A stretch of DNA of 64,000 bases from Candidatus Gottesmanbacteria bacterium (GCA_023245335.1 JAHFKK010000001.1:555282-619281), one strand, 5' to 3'. Shown: positions 50,142-60,941, counted from the stretch's first letter. The notes: generated by a model from the letters alone, not told the origin. Numbers and translations: made by a program.

Positions 50142-51158
50142 ATGAAATTACTCGTGACCGGCGGCGCCGGATTTATCGGAACTAACTTTATCCTCTATTG
50201 GCTCGCACATCACCCGGAAGATGACGTTATAAATTTTGACAAACTGACCTACGCCGGGAATCTCGAGAACCTTACTTCGGTTGAAAAAAATCCTCATTAC
50301 CGGTTCGTGCAGGGCGACATATGCGATGCAGAGCACGTTTCTGAAATCATGAAGGGTATTGACATGGTCGTCCATTTCGCCGCAGAGAGCCATGTCGACC
50401 GGTCTATATTGGAAGCTGCGCCCTTTGTCATGACCAATGTCGTCGGAACGCACGTCCTTTTGGCCGCTTCGCTTAAAGCCAAGGTGAGGAGATTTCATCA
50501 TGTCTCCACAGATGAAGTGTTCGGATCACTCAAACTCGGAAGTACGGATACATTCAGTGAACGAACATCATATGACCCCAGAAGTCCGTATTCGGCAAGC
50601 AAGGCAGGCTCCGATCATTTAGTGCGGGCATACTATCATACTTTCGGATTGCCGATTACGATCACCAATTGCTCAAACAACTATGGTCCGTACCAATTCC
50701 CGGAAAAACTCATCCCGCTTGCAATTACGAACATTCTTGAAGGGAAAAAAGTACCGGTCTACGGAGACGGCTTAAATGTCCGCGACTGGCTGTATGTCGA
50801 AGATCACTGCCGTGCGATAGAAGCGGTACTTCTGAAAGGCACGTCAGGAGAAACATATTGTGTGGGAGGTACGACGGAAGACATAAATAATCTTACGGTC
50901 GTCAAAAAGATTCTTGCCATGATGGGAAAAGACGCATCACTCATCGAATTCGTCGTCGACCGACCGGGACATGATCGGCGATATGCGATTGACTGGTCAA
51001 AAATCAAAAACGAGTTGGGCTGGCAGCCGCAGCATAATTTTGATGAGTGGCTGAAACGTACGGTCGATTGGTATACCGTGCACGGAGAGTGGTGGCACGC
51101 CGTCAAATCCGGATCCTATCAGGCGTATTACAAAACGCTATATAAAGGCGCCGTATGA
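50142..51158 (+). CDS. rfbB: dTDP-glucose 4,6-dehydratase
   Basis: TGGAGFIGTNF Rossmann motif and SDR YxxxK (YSASK); 338 aa. Confidence 0.9.
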   Translation: MKLLVTGGAGFIGTNFILYWLAHHPEDDVINFDKLTYAGNLENLTSVEKNPHYRFVQGDICDAEHVSEIMKGIDMVVHFAAESHVDRSILEAAPFVMTNVVGTHVLLAASLKAKVRRFHHVSTDEVFGSLKLGSTDTFSERTSYDPRSPYSASKAGSDHLVRAYYHTFGLPITITNCSNNYGPYQFPEKLIPLAITNILEGKKVPVYGDGLNVRDWLYVEDHCRAIEAVLLKGTSGETYCVGGTTEDINNLTVVKKILAMMGKDASLIEFVVDRPGHDRRYAIDWSKIKNELGWQPQHNFDEWLKRTVDWYTVHGEWWHAVKSGSYQAYYKTLYKGAV

Positions 51159-52036
51159 AACTACTGGGAACTGGTTTGTCGGGACTCGTAGGGTCGCGTG
51201 TAGTTGAACTTCTTTCCCCATCGTTTACCTTCCAAAACTACAGTCTGGAGACGGGCACAGATATCACGAATAAAGAGGATATCATAGCGAAAATTACCTC
51301 TAACCACGAAGCGCCGTGGGTCGTCCATATGGCCGCATTTACTGATGTGCAGGGAGCTGAAAAGGAGCGGGGGTTGGGAGAAGCGAGTGCCGCCTGGAAG
51401 GTCAATGTGATGGCTACACAAAATATTGCGGACGCATGCCGTGCGTCCGGTAAAAGGCTTCTTTATGTGGATACGGATTACGCGTTCGACGGAGCGAAAA
51501 AAGACGGATACACCGAAGACGACGTGCCCAGTCCGCGAGGGTGGTACGCAGTCACAAAATCCGAAGGCGCGAAGCGTGTTTTGGCATTAGAGAACGGCCT
51601 AGTCATCCGTATATCCAATCCATATCGCGCGCGCCCCATCGGTAAGAAGGATTTTGCGCACAAGATGCTTGAACTGTTGCAATCGGGTCAAACAATCAGT
51701 GCGCCGCAGGATCAACTGTTTGTACCGACATTTATCGACGATATTGCTCGCGCTCTGGAACGACTGGTTACCACGAACGCCTCGGGGATATATCATGTGG
51801 TAAGCGCGCCTCCCATATCACCGTTTGATGCCGCGAAGGCAATCGCGCATACCTGGGGATGTGATACGAATCTCGTTAAGCCCACGACATTCGCTGAGTA
51901 TTTCACCGGTCGCGCACCCGTACCGCGATATGCGGTACTCGCGAATAAGAAAGTTACGTCACTCGGGATCCCGATGCATGATTTTGTTGCGGGTATAGAA
52001 GAAGTACGTCGCCAGGAATCCGTCATTGGGAAGTAA
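51155..52036 (+). CDS. rfbD: dTDP-4-dehydrorhamnose reductase (RmlD-like)
   Basis: Short-chain reductase with YAVTK catalytic dyad; 293 aa; ATGA coupling to rfbB. Confidence 0.75.
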   Translation: MKLLGTGLSGLVGSRVVELLSPSFTFQNYSLETGTDITNKEDIIAKITSNHEAPWVVHMAAFTDVQGAEKERGLGEASAAWKVNVMATQNIADACRASGKRLLYVDTDYAFDGAKKDGYTEDDVPSPRGWYAVTKSEGAKRVLALENGLVIRISNPYRARPIGKKDFAHKMLELLQSGQTISAPQDQLFVPTFIDDIARALERLVTTNASGIYHVVSAPPISPFDAAKAIAHTWGCDTNLVKPTTFAEYFTGRAPVPRYAVLANKKVTSLGIPMHDFVAGIEEVRRQESVIGK

Positions 52037-52102
52037 TCTATCATACATGTTTGACGGATGACGCCTATACAGGCGTCGTTTTTTTTCGTATACTAATGAC
52101 TT

Positions 52103-53398
52103 ATGACGATCGCATTCGTTGGCCATGGATATGTAGGACTTGTGACCGCCGCCGTATTTGCAGATCTCGGAAATACCGTTTGGGTGGTCGGACGCACAAA
52201 AGAAAAAATTGAAAAACTGAAAAAAGGCGATCCGCTTATCTACGAGCCGGGGCTTACTGAACTTGTCCGGCGTAATATTTCAGCTGGCAGGCTACATTTC
52301 ACATTGGATTATAAAGAGGCAGTCGTGCCTTCAAATGTCATTTTTATTGCTGTCGGCACCCCCTCCAAACCAAATGGCGAAGCCGATTTGACCAGCGTAT
52401 TTGCGGCGGCCGAGGAAATCGGTACATCGTTGGTTGGCTACAAAGTCGTTGTCACAAAAAGTACGGTTCCGCCCGGTACAGGTAAAAAAGTGTCTGAGAT
52501 CGTCAATCGCTTCAAACCGGAGGGGTCATCATTTGCGATTGCCTCGACCCCGGAATTCTTACGGGAAGGCACAGGGCTTTCTGATACGATGCATCCGGAC
52601 CGTGTGGTTATCGGAACGAATTCAGATCGTGCACGGGAAATATTGACGGAGCTCCATAAGCCAATTGACGGGAAGATAGTCCATTGTAATGTCGAGACGG
52701 CAGAGCTTATCAAATATGCCTCCAATTCCATGCTTGCGACCAAGATATCGTTTGCTAATGCGATCTCGTTTCTTTCGGAAAGAGTCGGTGCTGATGTGGA
52801 GCGCGTCCTTGAAGGCGTGGGTTTGGATAAACGGATCGGACGAAGCTTTCTCTATCCGGGGGTCGGCTACGGCGGGAGTTGTTTCCCTAAGGACGTGAAG
52901 GCGCTTATTGCGATAGCCGGGGAACACACGTATGACTTCACGCTTCTCAAAGCGGTCAAACAGATAAATGATGAGGCACGGCAGAATTTTGTCAACAAAA
53001 TCGTCAAACATTTCGGCTCGCTTAAGGGCAAACAAATAGCGGTACTGGGCTTGGCGTTCAAGCCGGATACGGATGATATGCGCGAAGCGCCGTCTATCGA
53101 TATCATCACGTCCCTTTTGGAAAAGGGAGCCAAAGTGATCGCATTCGACCCGATTGCCATGGATAAGGCCAAGCCCAAGCTTCCAAAATCCGTAACGTTT
53201 GCCCATGACGCATATGAAGCCGCAACGGGGGCTCACGCAGTAGCGATCGTGACGGAATGGAACGAGTTCAGACAGCTTGACCTCGTGCGTCTAGCCAAGG
53301 GTATGAAAAGTCTGGTATTATTTGATGGGAGAAACATTTACGAACCATCCCACGTGCGTGATTTAGGGTTTATGTATTACGGTATCGGCAGGATGTGA
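52103..53398 (+). CDS. ugd: UDP-glucose 6-dehydrogenase (UDP-glucose/GDP-mannose dehydrogenase family)
   Basis: N-terminal GHGYVGL Rossmann motif and catalytic GGSCFPKD cysteine motif. Confidence 0.9.
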   Translation: MTIAFVGHGYVGLVTAAVFADLGNTVWVVGRTKEKIEKLKKGDPLIYEPGLTELVRRNISAGRLHFTLDYKEAVVPSNVIFIAVGTPSKPNGEADLTSVFAAAEEIGTSLVGYKVVVTKSTVPPGTGKKVSEIVNRFKPEGSSFAIASTPEFLREGTGLSDTMHPDRVVIGTNSDRAREILTELHKPIDGKIVHCNVETAELIKYASNSMLATKISFANAISFLSERVGADVERVLEGVGLDKRIGRSFLYPGVGYGGSCFPKDVKALIAIAGEHTYDFTLLKAVKQINDEARQNFVNKIVKHFGSLKGKQIAVLGLAFKPDTDDMREAPSIDIITSLLEKGAKVIAFDPIAMDKAKPKLPKSVTFAHDAYEAATGAHAVAIVTEWNEFRQLDLVRLAKGMKSLVLFDGRNIYEPSHVRDLGFMYYGIGRM

Positions 53399-53456
53399 CG
53401 AATTTTTATGAGTCATCCCGAGCGAAGCGAGGGATCTCAGCATTAAGGAGGACTAT

Positions 53457-54413
53457 ATGGCAAAAAAAGCATTGATTACAGGTATCGCAGGATTCGTCGG
53501 CAGCTACATGGCGGAGCTCCTTTTGTCCAATGGATTTGAGGTTTCGGGACTTTGCCGTCCACGCAGTAAAATGGACCATATCGAGTCCATAAAGTCGAAA
53601 CTGCATCTTGAGGATGCGGACTTACTAGATAGTCACAGTCTCTATACGACGATTAACAAGACCAAGCCGGATTATATTTTCCATCTCGCGGCCCAGTCGT
53701 TTGTGCCTACCTCCTGGGGTTCTCCTGCGGTGACTTTGGAAGTCAATATCGTGGGATCTGCGAACCTTTTTGAGGCAGTCAGACAAGTTGGAATCGACCC
53801 GGTTATCCAGATAGCCTGTTCGTCCGAAGAATACGGCATGGTGCACGCTGATGAAGTGCCTATCAAAGAAACAAATCCGCTGCGCCCCCTGTCGCCGTAC
53901 GCGGTTTCCAAACTCGCGATGGACTATCTGGGATACCAGTATTTTGAGTCTTACCAGACGAGGATTGTTCGGACACGCGGGTTTAACCATACGGGCCCGA
54001 GACGGGGCGATACGTTTGCCGAATCGACATTTGCCAAGCAGATTGCCCTCATCGAAAAAGGAAAGCAGGAGCCAATCATTTATGTCGGTAATTTGGAGGC
54101 CGCCCGCGATTATACTGACGTCCGGGATATGGTTCGAGCGTATCTTCTGGCTGTCGAGAAGTGCGATCCCGGAGAAGTGTATAATATCGCAACCGGCAAA
54201 GCGATTAAGATCGCAGACGTACTAAATATGATGCTGAAAATGAGCAAGGTGAAGGTGGAAATAAAACAGGACCCGGCCCGTATGAGGCCTTCGGACGTGC
54301 CAATCCTTATAGGAGACGCCTCAAAATTCAAGGCCAAAACCGGATGGTCGCCCGAGATTCCGTTCGAAAAGACCGCCGAAGACCTACTCAATTATTGGAG
54401 AGAACGGGTCTAA
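53457..54413 (+). CDS. NAD-dependent sugar-nucleotide epimerase/dehydratase (GDP-mannose 4,6-dehydratase / GDP-6-deoxymannose reductase-like extended SDR)
   Basis: ALITGIAGFVGSYMAELL motif and YAVSK catalytic pair; 318 aa. Confidence 0.75.
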   Translation: MAKKALITGIAGFVGSYMAELLLSNGFEVSGLCRPRSKMDHIESIKSKLHLEDADLLDSHSLYTTINKTKPDYIFHLAAQSFVPTSWGSPAVTLEVNIVGSANLFEAVRQVGIDPVIQIACSSEEYGMVHADEVPIKETNPLRPLSPYAVSKLAMDYLGYQYFESYQTRIVRTRGFNHTGPRRGDTFAESTFAKQIALIEKGKQEPIIYVGNLEAARDYTDVRDMVRAYLLAVEKCDPGEVYNIATGKAIKIADVLNMMLKMSKVKVEIKQDPARMRPSDVPILIGDASKFKAKTGWSPEIPFEKTAEDLLNYWRERV

Positions 54414-54423
54414 TTTTGGCTGT

Positions 54424-55533
54424 ATGAAGGTAGTCGTTGTCATTCCCACGTATAACGAGCGAGAAAATATTCGAGTGCTTCTGACCGAACTCGACAAGGC
54501 GTTCGGCACGGCGAAAAAATACTCTATTTCTTACCTCGTGGTGGATGATACATCTCCGGACGGGACAGCGCAGGTTGTAGAAACCTTTCGAAAAACGCAT
54601 AAGGACGTTTTTATCATTTCCGGGAAAAAAGAAGGCTTGGGAAAAGCGCTCCTTCGCGGGATGACGCAGGCATTTGAGCACATGGATGCAGACGTGGTCC
54701 TCCAGATCGATGCCGATTTGTCCCATGATCCTACGGTCGCGCCCCGTTTACTTTCGGCGATAGATAACGGTGCGACGTTTGCCGTCGGCAGCCGCTATAT
54801 CCCAGGCGGGGCAATTCCAGGGAACTGGGGACTCATACGGAAAATATACAGCATTATCGGTAATAGCATTGTCCGTTTTGGGTTGTGGCATATCGATGTC
54901 CGTGACTGGACCGGCGGATACCGCGCGTATACGAAGAAGTTTTACCTCGCCACACACCGCGAGATGGAAAAATACAGCGGCTATGTATTCCAAATTGCTT
55001 TTTTACACAAGTCCATACACCATGGAGCGATCGTGAAAGAAATACCGTTTCATTTTACCGATCGGTTATATGGGCATTCCAAAATCGCCCCGGCGGAATA
55101 TATTTTTAACATTTATAAATATATCGCAGTTTCACGTTTTCAGGAGATCACCAGCTGGTCGTTTTTTAAATTCGGCGTGGTGGGAACTATTGGGTTTATC
55201 ATAAATACCGTAGTTTTGGAACTGATGGTGCGTGCGGGACTCCATCCCGCAGCCGGAAGCGCTACGGGGGCAGAACTCGCTATCATATCGAATTTTCTCC
55301 TGAATAATGCATGGACATTCGGCGACCGCAAAGTGATAGGGAAAAAGATGATACCCAAATTTTTGCAGTTTAACATTACCTCACTGGGAGCGCTCATCAT
55401 TCAGACGGTAAGCGTATGGGTGGGGACAGTATTGTTTGGAAAATCGGCATATTTCGTTTCGTATATTATCGGAGTCGGCGTGGGACTCGTCTGGAATTAC
55501 ATAATGTATTCGCGTGTCATCTGGAAGAAGTAA
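54424..55533 (+). CDS. polyprenyl-phosphate sugar synthase (Dpm1/CsbB-like GT2) fused to a C-terminal GtrA-like four-TM domain
   Basis: VVIPTYNE ... VVDDTSPDGT ... QIDADLSHDP GT2 motifs, followed by a GtrA-family hydrophobic domain. Confidence 0.8.
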   Translation: MKVVVVIPTYNERENIRVLLTELDKAFGTAKKYSISYLVVDDTSPDGTAQVVETFRKTHKDVFIISGKKEGLGKALLRGMTQAFEHMDADVVLQIDADLSHDPTVAPRLLSAIDNGATFAVGSRYIPGGAIPGNWGLIRKIYSIIGNSIVRFGLWHIDVRDWTGGYRAYTKKFYLATHREMEKYSGYVFQIAFLHKSIHHGAIVKEIPFHFTDRLYGHSKIAPAEYIFNIYKYIAVSRFQEITSWSFFKFGVVGTIGFIINTVVLELMVRAGLHPAAGSATGAELAIISNFLLNNAWTFGDRKVIGKKMIPKFLQFNITSLGALIIQTVSVWVGTVLFGKSAYFVSYIIGVGVGLVWNYIMYSRVIWKK

Positions 55534-57155
55534 TGCGTTGGCAGGAAGAAATTCAGCGAAGGTGGTACCTCCTCATGAAAGATATTCTTAAAACGATCAA
55601 AGCGAATTATTCAGGGATACTTCTAACGCTCATATTGCTTGTCGGGGCGTACTTGCGGTTGTATCATATCTCTCAATACATGACCTTTTTGGGGGATGAA
55701 GGCCGTGACATGCTGGTCGTCCTCCACATGATCGTCAATCATAAATTTACTCTTCTTGGGCCCACCGCGTCAGTGGGAGGATTTTTTCTGGGGCCCATTT
55801 ATTACTATTTCATGCTGCCGTTTGTGTGGGCTTTTCATCTCGATCCGTCGGGCGCTGCCATCATGGTAGCAGCCTTTGGTTTTGTGACCATTTACCTCGT
55901 CTATCGGCTCGGCCGCGATATGTTTGACGAGTGGGTAGGGCTCATGGCTGCAGGTTTATATGCGTTGTCTCCACTCGTCATTGCGTATTCCCGGTCGTCC
56001 TGGAATCCGAATCCGGTACCGTTTTTTGCAACCGCGATAGTATATTTTCTCTGGAAAAGCGTTGTCGATAAAAAAACCAAACTTCTTTTTTGGATTGGTG
56101 TCGCCCTCGGAATAGGTTTGCAGCTTCATTATCTGTTTCTATTTTTCTTCGCGGTGGTGGGCGTGTGGTACCTCCTCTATGGTCGTTCATGGAAGTGGGT
56201 GCCTTCCTATCTATTGGGAGTTGTCGGATTCGTGGTCGGGTACGCGCCGTTTTTGGCTTTTGAATTGCGGCATGGATTTCCGAATACGATTTCCATCATC
56301 CGGTTTTTACAGGAAGGGAAAGATACCGGTTTGGTTCCCATGAAGTTTGTAATGACGCTTGTCAATGTGTCCTACCGGCTATTCGGACGATTAGTATTCC
56401 GTATGCCGCCTCCGGAGCAGATCATACATCTCACTCCCTTCGTGCAGTGGTTATGGCCTACGGGTATAGCCATAGTCATAATTTCCTCTCTGCTTATTAT
56501 GCTGCTCGCGCTTTTCGGGAAGATACCGGTACCATGGAAGTCTGAGGGTGTACTGTCCGAACGGTGGAAAAAAGGTATCGTCCTTCTCTTTCTCTGGTTT
56601 TTCGTACCGCTTGTTCTGTTCGGGCTCTACAAAAAGGGTATTTATGATTATTACTTCGGTTTATTCTACGCGTTGCCGTTTTTCATGACCGCGCTTATTT
56701 TCCGGCTTGGGGCGGTGAAACGGATTGGAACATGGGTGATGGCGGCTTTGTTTGCGGGATTACTCTATTTTAATTGGCTCGGGATGCCATTTCTATTTAC
56801 GCCGAATAACCAGCTCGCCCAGACAAAGCTTATCGCCCGGGCAGCGCTTGATACGACCGGAGGAAGGCCGTTTAATTTCGCACTCATGACCGGAGGAAAC
56901 TCCGATCACGCGTACCGGTATTTCTTTGAATTATGGGGTAGGGCTCCGGTAACGATCGAAAACACCGTTATAGACCCTGAGCGAAAGACAGTCACCGATC
57001 AACTGGTTGTTATTTGTGAATTGTCCGATTGTAAGCCCTTGGGGAACTCCCTGTGGGAAATTGCCGGTTTCGGTCGAGCGGAAATCGAAGGAGAATCACA
57101 CGTCTCATTTGTCACGATATTAAAATTAGGTCATTATAAGGGGAAAGATCTATGA
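55533..57155 (+). CDS. GT-C fold membrane glycosyltransferase (ArnT/PMT, GT39/GT83-like)
   Basis: About 12 TM helices. The first extracytoplasmic loop carries the GDEGRDM acidic motif typical of GT-C enzymes. TAATG overlap with the upstream gene. Confidence 0.7.
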   Translation: MRWQEEIQRRWYLLMKDILKTIKANYSGILLTLILLVGAYLRLYHISQYMTFLGDEGRDMLVVLHMIVNHKFTLLGPTASVGGFFLGPIYYYFMLPFVWAFHLDPSGAAIMVAAFGFVTIYLVYRLGRDMFDEWVGLMAAGLYALSPLVIAYSRSSWNPNPVPFFATAIVYFLWKSVVDKKTKLLFWIGVALGIGLQLHYLFLFFFAVVGVWYLLYGRSWKWVPSYLLGVVGFVVGYAPFLAFELRHGFPNTISIIRFLQEGKDTGLVPMKFVMTLVNVSYRLFGRLVFRMPPPEQIIHLTPFVQWLWPTGIAIVIISSLLIMLLALFGKIPVPWKSEGVLSERWKKGIVLLFLWFFVPLVLFGLYKKGIYDYYFGLFYALPFFMTALIFRLGAVKRIGTWVMAALFAGLLYFNWLGMPFLFTPNNQLAQTKLIARAALDTTGGRPFNFALMTGGNSDHAYRYFFELWGRAPVTIENTVIDPERKTVTDQLVVICELSDCKPLGNSLWEIAGFGRAEIEGESHVSFVTILKLGHYKGKDL

Positions 57156-57901
57156 TGCCTCACGTGTCGGTCGTCATTCCGTCGTACAACGAGGAAACGA
57201 ATATACGTTTGGGTACGCTCGATAAGGTGTCGCGATATTTTGAACATCAAAAATATGCCTGGGAAGTCATCATCGTCGATGACGGATCGACAGACGCCTC
57301 GCCGGAATTGTTGGATTCATTCGCCAAAGCAACTTCAGGATTCCGTATCATTCACAATCAGCATTTGGGTAAAGCCGGTACAGTGATTTCCGGCGTCAGC
57401 GCTTCTAAAGGGGCAATTATATTATTTTCCGATCTTGACCAGGCTACTCCCATTGCGGAGCTTGAAAAAGTACTGCCGTGGTTTGAAAAAGGATACGATG
57501 TCGTCATCGGGTCCCGCAGCGGCAGACGGGAAGGTGCACCGCTGTCGCGCATCATTATGGCGCGCGGTTTTATGATGCTTCGCGGTATTTTTCTCGGCCT
57601 CAACGGCATCACGGACACCCAATGCGGTTTCAAGGCGTTTAAAGCGGACATTGCCCAACGGATAATTTCTAAGCTTCGGCTCTATGGAAAGCCTCAGAAG
57701 ACCCAGGGTCCTATGGTGACTGCGGGGTTTGATATCGAGGTTCTCTTTCTGGCGAAACAATTGGGATACAACATCCGGGAAGTCCCTGTAGAATGGCATT
57801 ACGTGGAAACACGGCGGGTGAATCCCATAAAGGATTCATTTGAGGGCCTGCGGGATATTCTCATGATCCGTTGGAATGCCATGCAGGGAAAATATTCATA
57901 A
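57152..57901 (+). CDS. glycosyltransferase family 2 (Dpm1/DPG-synthase-like, soluble domain only)
   Basis: VVIPSYNE ... IIVDDGSTD ... DLD motifs; 249 aa. Confidence 0.8.
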   Translation: MMPHVSVVIPSYNEETNIRLGTLDKVSRYFEHQKYAWEVIIVDDGSTDASPELLDSFAKATSGFRIIHNQHLGKAGTVISGVSASKGAIILFSDLDQATPIAELEKVLPWFEKGYDVVIGSRSGRREGAPLSRIIMARGFMMLRGIFLGLNGITDTQCGFKAFKADIAQRIISKLRLYGKPQKTQGPMVTAGFDIEVLFLAKQLGYNIREVPVEWHYVETRRVNPIKDSFEGLRDILMIRWNAMQGKYS

Positions 57902-57902
57902 C

Positions 57903-59054
57903 ATGAAGCATATCTTACGCCCTTTTTTCTTTGTAGGATATACGATTGCGGCAATCGCATTGGTTCTTTTTAGTTATACGCAGGTCGACCTCAACCTTAC
58001 GCTTTCGCGTTCAAGCATATATCAGACGGTCGAAAAGGAATTCCAACACGTCGGATATTACGAGCGTCCTCTCGCGACGGCGCTCTATGCAGGTGTTCTT
58101 TTGCTTCTCTTTGGCATGTACTCGATGCTACTTTCCGCGGTGCGAAAAAATGCACTGGGGCTCAAAGAGATTTGGACGCTTATTTTCATCGTTACCGGTA
58201 TCATCGTTTTTTCCTATCCCGCCGCGTTTTCTTATGATTTTTTCAACTACATGTTTACGGCCAAAACAGTACTTCTTTATCATCAGAATCCCTATGTGGT
58301 GACCCCGCTTCAGTTTGCGGGGATAGATCCGTGGACTAATTTCATGCGGTGGACGCATTTGACCACGGCCTACGCACCGCTATGGATCGGTATGACCCTT
58401 GTGCCATACCTACTAGGCTTTGGATATTTTCTCATTATCCTTTTTAACCTCAAGTTCATGGTAGCGGGATTTTTCCTTTTGACGGCGTGGGCGCTGTCGC
58501 GGTGTGTGGACAAACTCGATCACCCGCATGCGGCGCTGGCGCTCACTATTTTTGCTTTGAACCCCCTTATTCTCGTGGAATCGTTGGTCAGTGGTCATAA
58601 CGATGTGGTACTTACGGCGTTTGCCATGCTGGCGATACTCGCATACTTCACTAAAACCTATTGGTCCGCATGGCTTTGGCTGGCGTTTTCCGTTGCCGCG
58701 AAAACTATTACGCTCGTTCTTATCCCCGTCATGCTATTGAGGAGAAATACACGATGGATGCTGTGGGCCATAGTAGCCGGATTGGGATTGGTGCTTCTGA
58801 AACGTGAATTCCTACCCTGGTATTGGGTCTGGGTGATGCCGTTTATTGCTCTTTTGCCGAAAGAAACCAAACTTACACGGTTTGCGACAATTGTTTCCTT
58901 GGGACTCCTAGTAAGCTATGCGCCATATCTATACTTCGGCGACTATGGAGTAACGGAACAATTGTGGAAGACGTGGAGTATTTGGGCGGGTGTTGCTATC
59001 GGCGGGCTGTCATTCCTCATGCCCGCTAGCGTACCGCGAGCCCGAGGACGATAA
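57903..59054 (+). CDS. polytopic membrane protein, putative GT-C/GT87 (DUF2029-like) glycosyltransferase
   Basis: About 10 TM helices and no soluble domain. Sits inside the glycosylation cluster. The family assignment is tentative. Confidence 0.5.
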   Translation: MKHILRPFFFVGYTIAAIALVLFSYTQVDLNLTLSRSSIYQTVEKEFQHVGYYERPLATALYAGVLLLLFGMYSMLLSAVRKNALGLKEIWTLIFIVTGIIVFSYPAAFSYDFFNYMFTAKTVLLYHQNPYVVTPLQFAGIDPWTNFMRWTHLTTAYAPLWIGMTLVPYLLGFGYFLIILFNLKFMVAGFFLLTAWALSRCVDKLDHPHAALALTIFALNPLILVESLVSGHNDVVLTAFAMLAILAYFTKTYWSAWLWLAFSVAAKTITLVLIPVMLLRRNTRWMLWAIVAGLGLVLLKREFLPWYWVWVMPFIALLPKETKLTRFATIVSLGLLVSYAPYLYFGDYGVTEQLWKTWSIWAGVAIGGLSFLMPASVPRARGR

Positions 59055-59349
59055 GGGCCTGGATGATGATGAGCCCCGCGTTTATGACGGTAATGGGTTT
59101 TTCGTGGTGAAGTAGGCCGTATGCAAACCAAAATACCGAGCCCGTAAGAAACCCTATCCAGGAGATAATCGATACGCCAGCGATGCTGGGAGAGGTCCAC
59201 ACGGCGATAAGCTGCGGGACGTTTACTGCGACGGAAATCGCCCCCATAAGGTACGCTGAGCTATCAATGAGACGTAAGATACCCGCGGTCTTTCCCGATC
59301 GTTTTGCGTGGCTATGATGATGGAATGCATGATGAAATCCCGTTTGCAT
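59026..59349 (-). CDS. SemiSWEET/PQ-loop sugar transporter
   Basis: AVNVPQLIAVW...ISWIGFLTGSVFWFAYGLL...PITVINAGLI matches the SemiSWEET three-TM pattern (PQ motif, conserved W and YG). The His-rich N-terminal extension makes the start uncertain. Confidence 0.65.
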   Translation of the reverse strand: MQTGFHHAFHHHSHAKRSGKTAGILRLIDSSAYLMGAISVAVNVPQLIAVWTSPSIAGVSIISWIGFLTGSVFWFAYGLLHHEKPITVINAGLIIIQALIVLGLAVR

Positions 59350-59417
59350 ATATCCAGTGTATCATACGCGAACACTTCTCTTTTTAAGATTTCACGCATT
59401 CTTGGTATAATTGAGAT

Positions 59418-60941
59418 ATGCCAGGAATTAGACGTCGATGGGCGTGGATTGTATTGGGCTTCGGGGTGCTTATTGTGGCGTATTTAGTCTCGCGACTGAC
59501 GAACCTGACACACTTGCCGATTTTTACGGATGAAGCGATCTATATCCGCTGGTCTCAGATCGGGACGCGCGATCCCAATTGGCGCTTCATATCTCTGACA
59601 GACGGAAAGCAGCCGATGTTTACGTGGATCATGATGATCCTTCTCCGCGTGTTAAAAAGTTTTGATCCGTTATTTGTCGGCCGCTTAACCTCGGTGCTTG
59701 CGGGATTAGGCACGATGATCGGCGTATGGGTACTCTCATGGGAACTGTTTCGGGATAAACGGGTGTCGTGGTTTACTGGTGTTTTGTATCTCGCTGTGCC
59801 GTTTACGCTCTGGTACGACCGTATGGCGATCTACGATTCGATGGTTTCCATGTTTGCTGTTTGGAATTTGTTTCTAGCAATCCTTCTCGTTCGGCGGTTG
59901 AGACTCGACGTTGCGCTCATTCTCGGCATGCTGCTGGGTGCAGGAATGCTCAATAAGAGTTCAGGATTATTTAGCCTATATCTTCTCCCGGTGACGCTTA
60001 TTCTTTTTGACTGGCGGGGAAATGACCGGTGGGTACGGTTTCTGCGATGGGCAGGGCTCGTCGTGATCGCCGCAGTATTATCTCAAGTCGTGTATAGCGT
60101 ATTGCGGTTGTCTCCTTTCTTTCACATCATCGCACAGAAAGACAATGTGTTTGTTTTCAGCCCCCGTGAATGGCTCAATCAGCCGTTTCGCTTCTTTGCC
60201 GGCAATCTGCGCGGCATGTCCGATTGGCTGAGGAGCTACCTCACCCTTCCGGTATTTGTCGCGGCACTCATACCTATATTTACCCGATGGGGGAAAGTCA
60301 GAGAACGGTGGCTGCTTTATTTCTGGTGGGCGTTGCCGTTTCTCGCTTTGGCAAACTTCGCCAAGATTCTGTACCCGCGGTTTATTCTTTTCATGGCGAT
60401 CCCTTTGATTGTTGTCGCGGGGCAGAGCTTTATGACGCTCTGGGATGCTGTGAAAAGACCGCTGGTGAGACTGGCACTCGTTCTTCTACTACTGACGCCG
60501 AGTGTGCTCGCTTCCTTTGTCATCGTGAACGACCCCATTAACGCTCCGATTCCTTTGTCTGACAGATATCAGTATATGGATGATTGGCCAGCCGGCGGCG
60601 GGGTACCGGAAGTGATCGCATATTTACGCGAGGAAGTGCAGCATGAGAAGGTCAATGTATACACAGAAGGGACGTTCGGACTTATGCCCTATGCGATAGA
60701 GATTTATCTTGTCGACAACCCTAATATCAAAATTAAAGGCATATGGCCTCTCCCCGAAATAATACCAGCCTCTATAAAGGCCGAAGCGCTCGTTCAGCCG
60801 ACATATCTTATCCTCAACGAGACGCAGGTGGCGCCTACAGGATGGCCGCTCAAACTTATCGGTGAATATCAGAAGGGTCGCCGTCTTGATCGAAAACTCC
60901 GATTCTACCGCGTGAGCGTTCCACTTGCTCAAGCTTTATGA
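59418..60941 (+). CDS. GT-C fold membrane glycosyltransferase (ArnT/PMT-like)
   Basis: FTDEAIY acidic loop motif and GKQPMFTW (KPPL-like) motif; about 12 TM helices. Confidence 0.7.
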   Translation: MPGIRRRWAWIVLGFGVLIVAYLVSRLTNLTHLPIFTDEAIYIRWSQIGTRDPNWRFISLTDGKQPMFTWIMMILLRVLKSFDPLFVGRLTSVLAGLGTMIGVWVLSWELFRDKRVSWFTGVLYLAVPFTLWYDRMAIYDSMVSMFAVWNLFLAILLVRRLRLDVALILGMLLGAGMLNKSSGLFSLYLLPVTLILFDWRGNDRWVRFLRWAGLVVIAAVLSQVVYSVLRLSPFFHIIAQKDNVFVFSPREWLNQPFRFFAGNLRGMSDWLRSYLTLPVFVAALIPIFTRWGKVRERWLLYFWWALPFLALANFAKILYPRFILFMAIPLIVVAGQSFMTLWDAVKRPLVRLALVLLLLTPSVLASFVIVNDPINAPIPLSDRYQYMDDWPAGGGVPEVIAYLREEVQHEKVNVYTEGTFGLMPYAIEIYLVDNPNIKIKGIWPLPEIIPASIKAEALVQPTYLILNETQVAPTGWPLKLIGEYQKGRRLDRKLRFYRVSVPLAQAL

